Shown here: one piece after another, positions 41,597 through 50,179 of the stretch
How the letters are laid out: every line of letters starts with the position of its first letter
Numbering within the stretch: position 1 is the stretch's first letter
Assembly: GCA_045537865.1 (NCBI GenBank)
Contig: JAZSQH010000082.1
Location: 3,360-67,359, forward strand
DNA length: 64,000 nucleotides
DNA from: Faecousia sp.
Lineage (GTDB): Bacteria; Bacillota; Clostridia; Oscillospirales; Oscillospiraceae
Direction: 5' to 3'
Made by a program: the position numbers and the translations under genes
The notes under the pieces: generated by a model
The model's input: only the letters and a program-made list of their open reading frames with translations
Told to the model about the DNA's origin: nothing
The model's database searches: none

Positions 41597-41638
41597 ACCG
41601 CTGCACAGAATCGCATCTGTGCAGCGGTTTTTATTTTT
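41597..41638 (+). terminator. attenuator terminator upstream of aroF
   Basis: Perfect 13-bp stem ACCGCTGCACAGA/TCTGTGCAGCGGT (41597-41609 / 41616-41628) with a 6-nt loop, then TTTTATTTTT. GGAGG and the aroF ATG at 41654 follow. Confidence 0.7.
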
Positions 41639-41653
41639 CCTGGAGGTTACATT

Positions 41654-42655
41654 ATGATTGCCGTACTAAAAAGAGGAACAACCGACGAACAAAGAGATCA
41701 TCTGATCCAATGGCTCAACAGAATGAACCTGGAAGTACATATTTCCTCCGGTCAGGAAGTGACTGTACTGGGTCTTGTGGGTGACACAAGCCGTGTTGAC
41801 ATTGAACTGCTGAACAGCTTGGAGATCGTTGACAGTGTAAAGCGTGTTTCTGAACCTTATAAGCAGGTAAACCGCAAGTTCCATCCCAATGATTCCATCA
41901 TTCAGGTAAAGGATGTTGCTATTGGCGCCGGCAATTTTGCGATGATCGCCGGACCTTGCTCTGTGGAATCTGAGGAGCAGATCATTGAAGTTGCGGAAGC
42001 TGTGAAAGCTGCCGGTGCAACCATTCTGCGTGGCGGCGCATTTAAACCCCGCACCTCCCCTTACGCATTCCAGGGTCTTAAAGAGGAAGGTCTGCGCTTG
42101 TTGCTGGAAGCTAAAAAAGTAACCGGACTTCCTATCGTTACTGAGATCATGAACATCCGCACATTGGATTTGTTCGAGGACGTGGATATCATTCAGGTTG
42201 GCGCACGTAATATGCAAAACTTTGATATGCTGCAGGAGCTTGGCAAAACAAAGAAGCCCATTCTCCTGAAGCGTGGTCTTGCCAATACGCTGCAGGAACT
42301 TCTCATGAGCGCAGAGTACATCATGAGTGAAGGCAACGAAAATATCATTCTTTGTGAGCGAGGCATCCGTACTTACGAAACATATACCCGTAACACGCTG
42401 GATCTGTCCGCTGTTCCGGTGCTGCATGAGCTGACCCATTTGCCGGTAGTCGTCGACCCCAGCCACGCAACCGGTCGTTCCTCGCTTGTGCCCACTATGG
42501 CCGCTGCTGCCGCTGCCTGCGGCGCTGACGGTATTATGATCGAGGTGCATAACAACCCCTCTTGCGCATTGTGTGACGGCGCACAGTCCCTGACACCGGC
42601 ACAATTTGCGCAGGTCACCGAAACTGTTACTAAAATACGGGAGGCGATCCGATGA
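41654..42655 (+). CDS. aroF: 3-deoxy-7-phosphoheptulonate (DAHP) synthase, type I-beta with N-terminal regulatory domain
   Basis: 333 aa. An N-terminal extension of about 75 aa precedes the KDO8PS-like barrel (AGPCSVES, GAFKPRTSPY, VVDPSH). Confidence 0.85.
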   Translation: MIAVLKRGTTDEQRDHLIQWLNRMNLEVHISSGQEVTVLGLVGDTSRVDIELLNSLEIVDSVKRVSEPYKQVNRKFHPNDSIIQVKDVAIGAGNFAMIAGPCSVESEEQIIEVAEAVKAAGATILRGGAFKPRTSPYAFQGLKEEGLRLLLEAKKVTGLPIVTEIMNIRTLDLFEDVDIIQVGARNMQNFDMLQELGKTKKPILLKRGLANTLQELLMSAEYIMSEGNENIILCERGIRTYETYTRNTLDLSAVPVLHELTHLPVVVDPSHATGRSSLVPTMAAAAAACGADGIMIEVHNNPSCALCDGAQSLTPAQFAQVTETVTKIREAIR

Positions 42656-43482
42656 TCGTCGGAATTTTAGGTCTTGGACTCATTGGCGGCTCACTTGCCC
42701 GTGCATACACCAAGGCAGGCCACACCGTTTTGGCATATGATATTGATGCAGATATGTTGGCGTTTGCTCAGCTAGCCGGTGCGGTAAATGCTCCGATGGA
42801 CGAACGCAACATTTCAACATGTGAACTGATTTTGCTTTCTATCTACTCCGACGCTTCCGCCAGCTGGCTGGAAAATAACGCAAAATATATCAGCAGTAAT
42901 GCATTGGTGGTCGATTGCTGCGGAATTAAGGAGCGGATCTGTAACCGCTGCTTTCCCATAGCTGAAAAATACGGTTTTACATTTGTAGGCGGTCACCCAA
43001 TGGCAGGCTCCCACAACTCCGGTTTTAAGTACAGCCGCTCCAATCTGTTTCAGGGCGCACCTATGGTGCTTGTTCCGCCAAAATATGATGATCCGGAACT
43101 TCTGCAGCGTGTTAAGGATGCGCTTGCGCCTTGTGGTTTCAAGAGCTATTCCATAACCACTGCAAAACAGCATGACGAGATGATCGCCTTTACATCTCAA
43201 ATGCCGCATATTATCAGCAACGCCTTCATTAAATCCCCGACCGCAAGATCACACAAAGGATTTTCCGCCGGCAGTTACAAGGATCTGACACGTGTCGCCT
43301 GGCTGAATCCCCAAATGTGGGCGGAGCTGTTTCTATCAAACAAAGAGAACGTACTGAAGGAATTGGACACGCTGATCGAATCCCTTTCTCAGTACCGGCA
43401 AGCGATTGAATCGGACAACTTTGAACAATTAACATCCTTGTTGGCCGAAGGCAGAAAACGCAAAGAAGAGGTGGACGGATGA
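42652..43482 (+). CDS. tyrA: prephenate dehydrogenase
   Basis: Rossmann motif GLGLIGGS and the GGHPMAG motif. ATGA overlap with aroF. Confidence 0.85.
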   Translation: MIVGILGLGLIGGSLARAYTKAGHTVLAYDIDADMLAFAQLAGAVNAPMDERNISTCELILLSIYSDASASWLENNAKYISSNALVVDCCGIKERICNRCFPIAEKYGFTFVGGHPMAGSHNSGFKYSRSNLFQGAPMVLVPPKYDDPELLQRVKDALAPCGFKSYSITTAKQHDEMIAFTSQMPHIISNAFIKSPTARSHKGFSAGSYKDLTRVAWLNPQMWAELFLSNKENVLKELDTLIESLSQYRQAIESDNFEQLTSLLAEGRKRKEEVDG

Positions 43483-44531
43483 ATACCATTACAGTTTCAG
43501 CATCCAAAGATTATCAGGTTTTGATTGGAAACGGATTGCTGACAGATATTGGTCTTTATGCCAAAGAAATTTCAAAACCCGGAAAGGTCGCTATAATCAG
43601 CGATACCAATGTTTACCCCATATATGGCGCTACTGTACAGAAATCCTTGTCTGATGCCGGTTTTTCCGTATGCTCCTTTGTTTTACCTGCCGGTGAACAG
43701 AACAAAAACGGCGAGAATTATCTTTCCATTCTGGATTTCCTGGCAGAAAACAAAGTTACCCGTTCTGATCTGCTGATTGCATTGGGCGGTGGTGTTGTGG
43801 GTGATATTACCGGTTTTTCTGCCGCAACATTTCTGCGTGGTGTTCCCTATATTCAGATCCCCACTTCCCTACTGGCTATGGTGGATTCCTCTGTAGGTGG
43901 TAAAACCGCCATCGATCTGCCTGCGGGAAAGAACTTGGCTGGCGCATTTTATCAGCCCAGTTTGGTTTTATGCGACCTGGACACACTTGTCACTTTGCCG
44001 ACAGATTATTTTATCGACGGCTGTGCCGAGGTCATAAAATACGGAATTTTGTATGATGCCGATTTGTTTGCGCATTTATTGGAGAACGGTATCGCATTTA
44101 ACCGTAAAGACGTTGTCAGCCGCTGTGTTGCGCTGAAACGGGATGTTGTTGCCCATGATGAATTTGATCGAGGTGAAAGGCAAAAGCTGAACCTGGGTCA
44201 CACAATCGGCCACGCTGTTGAGCTAAGCAGCAACTTCGCCATATCCCATGGCAGAGCCGTTGCTATCGGTATGGCGATGGTGGCGAAGGCGGCAAATACA
44301 TTAAATGTCTGCGGTACAGAAACCTACCAAGCGATCCTTCAAATTCTGCAGAAATTTTCTCTGCCTTCAAATGCGGATATTACTGCCGAACAGCTGAACC
44401 AATGCGCACTTTCCGATAAGAAACGTGCCGGCGGTATCGTAAACCTGATTATTCCCCGGGAAATCGGCAACTGTGTAATTCAACCCACCCAGGTAACCGA
44501 ACTACTCTCATTTATTGAAGCAGGATTATAA
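43479..44531 (+). CDS. aroB: 3-dehydroquinate synthase
   Basis: LGGGVVGDITGF, a VDSSVGGKT-type motif and metal-binding His residues (GHTIGHA). ATGA overlap with tyrA. Confidence 0.9.
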   Translation: MNTITVSASKDYQVLIGNGLLTDIGLYAKEISKPGKVAIISDTNVYPIYGATVQKSLSDAGFSVCSFVLPAGEQNKNGENYLSILDFLAENKVTRSDLLIALGGGVVGDITGFSAATFLRGVPYIQIPTSLLAMVDSSVGGKTAIDLPAGKNLAGAFYQPSLVLCDLDTLVTLPTDYFIDGCAEVIKYGILYDADLFAHLLENGIAFNRKDVVSRCVALKRDVVAHDEFDRGERQKLNLGHTIGHAVELSSNFAISHGRAVAIGMAMVAKAANTLNVCGTETYQAILQILQKFSLPSNADITAEQLNQCALSDKKRAGGIVNLIIPREIGNCVIQPTQVTELLSFIEAGL

Positions 44532-44532
44532 C

Positions 44533-45729
44533 ATGGATATTACCATTACTCCCAGCGCCCTTTTTGGCGACATTACAGTTATCCCCTCAAAATCCCAGGC
44601 ACACCGACTTTTGATCTGCAGTGCGTTTGCTGATACCGTAACTACACTGCATTGTCCCTCTACAAATCAGGATATTGAAGCCACTGCAGACTGTCTGCGT
44701 GCCATTGGCGCTAAAATCGTAAAAACTGACGATGGCTACAGTGTTACACCCATATCGCAAATACCGAACAGCGCAACTCTGCCTTGTAAAGAAAGTGGCT
44801 CCACACTGCGTTTTATGCTGCCGATCGTCGGTGCCTTAGGTGTTGATGCCACATTTGTGCTGGAAGGCCGACTTCCCCAGCGCCCCTTGACGCCGCTGTG
44901 GGAGGAAATGGAACGAATGGGTTGTACGCTCACGCGTCCAACAGAAAGTACCATCCGCTGCCAAGGAAAGCTCAGTAGCGGCGTATACACCGTTGACGGC
45001 GGTGTTTCCAGCCAATTTATCACCGGTCTTTTATACGCAACCGCACTTATGGATGGTGACAGCAGGCTGCTGCTGACGGGTACGATTCAATCGCTGCCTT
45101 ATATCCAAATGACCCAACAAGCGTTGGAGGTCTTTGGTGTTCGCACGGATGATTTTAATATTCGTGGTAGCTATCCCTTTACAAGTCCCAAAACTGTTTA
45201 TGTTGAAGGCGACTGGAGCAACGGTGCATTCTGGCTGGCCGCAAATACTTTGGGTAGTTGTTTGGAAGTAACTGGTCTAAACGATAATTCGCTGCAAGGC
45301 GACAAAGCCTGCGCATCCATTCTGAAAAATATCCAAAATATCGACACAATCGATGCTGCGGACATACCGGATCTTGTTCCGATCCTTGCAGTGGTTGCAG
45401 GCAACAAAAAGAAACTCACATTTACAAATATCCAGCGGCTGCGGCTTAAAGAATCTGACAGAGTTGCGTCTGTAGCTGCAATGTTAGAAAATTTAGGCGC
45501 ATCTGTACATGTAACCGAAAGCGAAATGACCGTAATCCCAGCAGCATATCACAGCTGTACTATAGATTCAGCGGGCGATCATCGCATCGCTATGGCCGCC
45601 GCTATCGCTGCGACAGCAGCAGACGGAGCGGTTACGATTCTCGGTGCGCAATGCGTATCTAAATCCTACCCTGCCTTTTGGGATGAATACAAACGTTTAG
45701 GAGGAAAATATGAGCAGCACATACGGTGA
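44533..45729 (+). CDS. aroA: 3-phosphoshikimate 1-carboxyvinyltransferase (EPSP synthase)
   Basis: PSKSQAHR, LRLKESDR and GDHRIAMA motifs. ATG 44533 lies 1 nt after the aroB stop. Confidence 0.9.
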   Translation: MDITITPSALFGDITVIPSKSQAHRLLICSAFADTVTTLHCPSTNQDIEATADCLRAIGAKIVKTDDGYSVTPISQIPNSATLPCKESGSTLRFMLPIVGALGVDATFVLEGRLPQRPLTPLWEEMERMGCTLTRPTESTIRCQGKLSSGVYTVDGGVSSQFITGLLYATALMDGDSRLLLTGTIQSLPYIQMTQQALEVFGVRTDDFNIRGSYPFTSPKTVYVEGDWSNGAFWLAANTLGSCLEVTGLNDNSLQGDKACASILKNIQNIDTIDAADIPDLVPILAVVAGNKKKLTFTNIQRLRLKESDRVASVAAMLENLGASVHVTESEMTVIPAAYHSCTIDSAGDHRIAMAAAIAATAADGAVTILGAQCVSKSYPAFWDEYKRLGGKYEQHIR

Positions 45730-46795
45730 AGCATTGAAATTATCCGTCTTTGGTCAGTCTCATGGCGCAGCTATCGGCATGACTATGGATGGCATACCGG
45801 CCGGACTGCCGGTAGATATGGATAAACTGCAAAAGTTTCTGAATAGACGTGCGCCCGGACAAGGTGACTTCGCAACACTCCGTAAGGAAGCAGATGCGCC
45901 GGAATTTCTTTCCGGTCTTGTGGATGGCTATACTTGCGGCGCTCCCATTGCCGCAATTATCCGCAACGAGAACACCCGTTCCGGCGACTACGCAGAACTT
46001 AAAAACCGTCCTCGTCCCGGACACGCCGACTACACAGCACAGATCAAATACCACGGGTATCAGGACGCTGCCGGCGGCGGTCATTTCTCCGGCAGACTCA
46101 CTGCGGCAATCTGTATTGCCGGCGGTCTTTGCAAGCAGTGGCTGGAGATGAAAGACATCCGGATCGGTGCGCATATCAGCGTTTGCGCCGGTGTTGGCGA
46201 CGAACCCATATATCTGGATTGGGTTAAGCCGGAACTGGACAATATTCAAGGTGATTTCCCGGTACTTAATAAGGAAGCCGGTCAAAAAATGCAGGAAGCC
46301 ATCGCAGCAGCAAAAGCTGACGGCGACAGCGTGGGCGGTTTGATCGAATGTGTAGTAACCGGCTTACCGGCAGGCATCGGCGAGCCCATGTTTGGCGGCA
46401 TGGAGAGTAAAATCGCCCAGATCATTTACGGCATTCCGGCTGTAAAAGGCATAGAGTTTGGCAGCGGTTTTAGCGGCAGTTACCTGCGAGGCAGCCAAAA
46501 CAACGACTGCTACAGCTTTGAAGACGGCAAGGTAGTTACCCAGCGCAACTATGCCGGCGGCATTTTGGGCGGGATTACCAACGGTATGCCTTTAGTATTC
46601 CAGACAGCGATCAAACCTACCCCGTCTATTGCAATGCAGCAGAATACCATTGACCTGGAAACCGGTAAAGATACAACAATTCAAATTAAAGGGCGGCATG
46701 ATCCCTGCATCGTACCCAGAGCAGTCCCGGTCATTGAAGCAGCCGCTGCCATCGCTATCTACGATGCAATACTTCAGCAAAACAAGGAGAGATAA
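45710..46795 (+). CDS. aroC: chorismate synthase
   Basis: FGQSHG, RPGHADY, GGGHFSGR and GRHDPC motifs. Confidence 0.92.
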   Translation: MSSTYGEALKLSVFGQSHGAAIGMTMDGIPAGLPVDMDKLQKFLNRRAPGQGDFATLRKEADAPEFLSGLVDGYTCGAPIAAIIRNENTRSGDYAELKNRPRPGHADYTAQIKYHGYQDAAGGGHFSGRLTAAICIAGGLCKQWLEMKDIRIGAHISVCAGVGDEPIYLDWVKPELDNIQGDFPVLNKEAGQKMQEAIAAAKADGDSVGGLIECVVTGLPAGIGEPMFGGMESKIAQIIYGIPAVKGIEFGSGFSGSYLRGSQNNDCYSFEDGKVVTQRNYAGGILGGITNGMPLVFQTAIKPTPSIAMQQNTIDLETGKDTTIQIKGRHDPCIVPRAVPVIEAAAAIAIYDAILQQNKER

Positions 46796-46797
46796 TT

Positions 46798-47940
46798 ATG
46801 GAGCTGAGCGAATTGAGAAATAAAATTGACAATATTGACGCAGAATTAGTTCGGCTCTTTACTGCACGTATGGAAGTGGCTGCGCAAGTCGCTGACTACA
46901 AAAAAGCGAACAATCTGCCCATCTATGTGCCGGCAAGAGAGCGTGAGATCATGCAGGATGTGGCGGAAAAAGCTGGCCCTGAAATGGGTAATTACACCCG
47001 TGTTCTCTATTCGATGCTGTTTGAGCTGAGCCGCAGCTACCAGAGTAAGCGCAACACAGAGTATTCTGCGCTTTATAAGCGGATCAGCGATTCTATTGAA
47101 ACCACACCCAAGCTGTTCCCCCAGGCACCTATGGTAGCTTGTCAGGGTGTAGAGGGCGCATACGCACAGATCGCTGCGGAGAAAATGTTCAAAGCTCCCA
47201 TGATTATGTACTTCAAAAACTTCGATGCCGTATTTAATGCCATTGAGCAAGGCCTATGCCAGTACGGCATTTTGCCGATTGAAAATTCCACAGCAGGCTC
47301 TGTCAAGAAAATCTATGATCTGATGATCCACCATAATTTTTCCATCGTCAGAACATTCCGTCTAAAAATCGATCACAACCTCTTAGCAAAACCCGGTACA
47401 AAGGCAGAGGATATTACCCAGATTTTCTCCCATGAGCAAGCAATCAATCAATGTTCTGAGTTCTTGAAGCGCTTCCCCAACGCACAGATTATCCCCGTAG
47501 AGAACACCGCTGTCGCTGCCGAAATGGTTGCCAAATCTGATCGCAAAGACTTGGCTGCATTGGCAAGTCATGCTTGCGAGGAACTTTACGGATTGGAGTG
47601 TCTTGCTGCATCTGTACAGGACGAAGGTAACAATCGTACACGCTTTATTTGCATCAGCAAGAACCTGGAGATCTACCCCGGTTCTGACAAAACCAGCATT
47701 ATGATGATTCTCCCCCACAAACCCGGCGCATTGTATCGTGTGCTGGCCAGAATGTACACTTTGGGCATCAACGTCGTCAAGCTGGAATCCCGTCCCCTGC
47801 CGGATCGTGATTTCGAATTCATGTTCTACTTTGATCTGGAAACATCCATTTACTCTGAGGAGTTCATCCAACTGATGTGCGAACTGGATGATCTTTGTGA
47901 GGAATTTAAATACTTGGGAAGCTATACTGAGGTGGTTTGA
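46798..47940 (+). CDS. pheA: bifunctional chorismate mutase / prephenate dehydratase (P-protein)
   Basis: N-terminal AroQ-type CM helix (LRNKIDNIDAELVRL), a PDT core (PIENSTAGSV) and a C-terminal ACT (ESRP). Confidence 0.88.
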   Translation: MELSELRNKIDNIDAELVRLFTARMEVAAQVADYKKANNLPIYVPAREREIMQDVAEKAGPEMGNYTRVLYSMLFELSRSYQSKRNTEYSALYKRISDSIETTPKLFPQAPMVACQGVEGAYAQIAAEKMFKAPMIMYFKNFDAVFNAIEQGLCQYGILPIENSTAGSVKKIYDLMIHHNFSIVRTFRLKIDHNLLAKPGTKAEDITQIFSHEQAINQCSEFLKRFPNAQIIPVENTAVAAEMVAKSDRKDLAALASHACEELYGLECLAASVQDEGNNRTRFICISKNLEIYPGSDKTSIMMILPHKPGALYRVLARMYTLGINVVKLESRPLPDRDFEFMFYFDLETSIYSEEFIQLMCELDDLCEEFKYLGSYTEVV

Positions 47941-49166
47941 TGAAATGCGGCTTACTCGGTCGAAAACTGGGTCACAGCTATTCACCGCAAATACATAATT
48001 CCCTGGCAGATTACTCCTACGCTCTTTTTGAAAAAGAGCCGGCTGTTTTAGAAAGTTTTTTGCGTAATGAGGATTTTAACGGTCTGAACGTAACCATACC
48101 CTATAAAAAATCCGTTATCCCCTACTGCACTGAACTTTCGCCGGTCGCAAAGAAACTGGGCGCAGTGAATACCATTGTTCGCAAAGGTGACGGCAGCTTG
48201 ATTGGTCATAACTCAGACTATTACGGTTTTCAATATATGCTGAAAAAAAGCGGACTGTCGCCGAATAGTAAAAAAGTTCTCGTTTTAGGAAGCGGCGGCG
48301 CATCCGCAACGGCGGTAGCAGTTATGACAGAGCTCGGTGCTCAGGTTTATGTAATTTCCAGAAACGGCGAGCATAACTACGAAAACCTTTATCAGCATTA
48401 TGATGCGTCTATTATTCTAAATGCCACACCGGTGGGTATGTATCCTAACATCGACGAATCCCCTCTTAATTTGTCACCCTTTTCCAAACTTGAGGGTGTA
48501 TTGGATCTGATATACAATCCTGCCAGAACAGCCCTGCTTATGCAGGCTGAGAAGCGTGGTATTGTGGCAATCAACGGTCTTTGGATGTTGGTGGCACAAG
48601 CAAAAGAAAGTGCTGAATGGTTTACCGGTCACAAAATTGATGACTCTGTAATTCCGCAGGTCTACAACAAACTACAACGCCAAATGCTCAATATTATATT
48701 GGTTGGCATGCCAGGTTGTGGCAAATCTACCATTGGAAAAGCATTGGCAGCGCAACTTGGCAGAAAGTTTGTAGATGCAGATAGCGAAATTGAAGCTGCT
48801 GCAGGAAAGACAATACCGGAAATTTTTGCAGAATCTGCCGAGAACGGATTCCGTGAGATCGAAACAGCTGTTCTGAAACAACTGGGCAAGGAATCCGGTC
48901 TGGTGATCGCAACTGGAGGCGGATGTGTAACACGCAAGGAAAATTACCCGGCGCTGCATTGCAACGGTACCATCCTTTGGCTCACAAGGCCAATCAGCGA
49001 GTTGCCTACAGAGGGTCGACCTTTGTCCCAATCAAACAAACTGGAGGATATGTATTTGATTCGCAAGCCGCTGTATGAAGCGTTTGCTGATTATATCATA
49101 TCCAATAACCAACTTGCTGTAGATACAGTACAATCTGTACTGACAGCATTAGATATGGAGGCTTAA
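47937..49166 (+). CDS. aroE: fused shikimate dehydrogenase (N-terminal) / shikimate kinase (C-terminal)
   Basis: Residues 1 to about 255 are AroE-like (SYSPQIHN, GAVNT, GSGGAS). Residues from about 260 to 409 are AroK-like (Walker A GMPGCGKST, GGG). Confidence 0.85.
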   Translation: MMKCGLLGRKLGHSYSPQIHNSLADYSYALFEKEPAVLESFLRNEDFNGLNVTIPYKKSVIPYCTELSPVAKKLGAVNTIVRKGDGSLIGHNSDYYGFQYMLKKSGLSPNSKKVLVLGSGGASATAVAVMTELGAQVYVISRNGEHNYENLYQHYDASIILNATPVGMYPNIDESPLNLSPFSKLEGVLDLIYNPARTALLMQAEKRGIVAINGLWMLVAQAKESAEWFTGHKIDDSVIPQVYNKLQRQMLNIILVGMPGCGKSTIGKALAAQLGRKFVDADSEIEAAAGKTIPEIFAESAENGFREIETAVLKQLGKESGLVIATGGGCVTRKENYPALHCNGTILWLTRPISELPTEGRPLSQSNKLEDMYLIRKPLYEAFADYIISNNQLAVDTVQSVLTALDMEA

Positions 49167-49598
49167 ATGAATATACTGGTTATCAACGGACCGAATATCA
49201 ATATGCTTGGTATACGGGAGCCCGGCATTTACGGTGCAGAGAATTACGCAGCACTTCTGAAATTGCTGGATGATTGCGCCGCAGAACTTCATATTGATAT
49301 CGAGCATTATCAATCCAATCACGAGGGTGATTTAGTTGATAAGATTCAAGCTGCCTATGGAGTATTTGATGGCATAGTGATCAACCCTGCCGCATATACC
49401 CATACATCTATTGCGATTTTGGATGCACTGAAAGCAGTTTCTATTCCCGCAGTTGAAGTGCATATTTCCGATGTATCAGCACGTGAGGTGTTTCGTCAGG
49501 TCTCCTACGCAGGAATGGCATGTGTTAAGACGATTATGGGCATGGGAATCGCCGGCTACAAGGAAGCGTTATTATTCCTGAAAAATTATATTCAATAA
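49167..49598 (+). CDS. aroQ: type II 3-dehydroquinate dehydratase
   Basis: ILVINGPNINMLGIREPGIYG...QSNHEG...INPAAYTHTS. Confidence 0.92.
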   Translation: MNILVINGPNINMLGIREPGIYGAENYAALLKLLDDCAAELHIDIEHYQSNHEGDLVDKIQAAYGVFDGIVINPAAYTHTSIAILDALKAVSIPAVEVHISDVSAREVFRQVSYAGMACVKTIMGMGIAGYKEALLFLKNYIQ

Positions 49599-49600
49599 AA

Positions 49601-49640
49601 TAACCGCCTGCAACAAAGCCGTTGCGGGCGGTTATTTTAT
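49601..49640. terminator. bidirectional terminator closing the aromatic operon
   Basis: TAACCGCCTGCAAC/GTTGCGGGCGGTTA stem (one G-U) plus TTTTAT. It overlaps the last codons of the convergent GNAT gene. Confidence 0.6.
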
Positions 49641-50135
49641 GGGATAATAATAGGTTGCGCTCTCCGGATGAAGCGCTCCATCTAAATATATCGCTGGCTC
49701 ATCGATACGATGAAATCCACAAGCTTCATGCACAGCAATCGAAGCAAAATTGTCTTTACTGATATGGGCATAAAGATCTTTCGACTTATTACACTTGACC
49801 CAACGGACGAGGTCGCACAGCAACTGTTTCGCATATCCCTTGCCACGAGCCTCAGGCGCTGTCTCCAGCGCCGTTATCAGCAGACCATCACCATACTCTT
49901 CCAATCGCAAAGCAGCTTTATGCTGCCCTGCAATCTCCCACACAGCGTAAATTGGGTCAGGTTGGCTGAAATACAAGTCAAGAAAGTTATAAAAATCCTG
50001 CTCAGCATATAATAACTGCATGTTTGCAGGTAATCCGGGATAATCCCTCTTGCCGGCTTCCTCGCTGCTCTGAAAATAGACTTTTGTCAACGAACCGATA
50101 TCCAATTCTGATAATCGCTTAATAATTTTCAGCAA
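49632..50135 (-). CDS. GNAT family N-acetyltransferase
   Basis: 167 aa with an acetyl-CoA-binding-like segment ARGKGYAKQLL. Confidence 0.6.
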   Translation of the reverse strand: MLKIIKRLSELDIGSLTKVYFQSSEEAGKRDYPGLPANMQLLYAEQDFYNFLDLYFSQPDPIYAVWEIAGQHKAALRLEEYGDGLLITALETAPEARGKGYAKQLLCDLVRWVKCNKSKDLYAHISKDNFASIAVHEACGFHRIDEPAIYLDGALHPESATYYYPIK

Positions 50136-50179
50136 AATATCACCTCGACAAACGCAGGAGACAAAAAGTCTCCTGCGTT

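Noticed and set aside
41666-42604. 312-aa minus-strand ORF inside the DAHP synthase gene. Similar cases are 52008-52946 in polA and 5245-6102 in ligA.
   Set aside because: These are shadow ORFs antisense to strongly supported genes.
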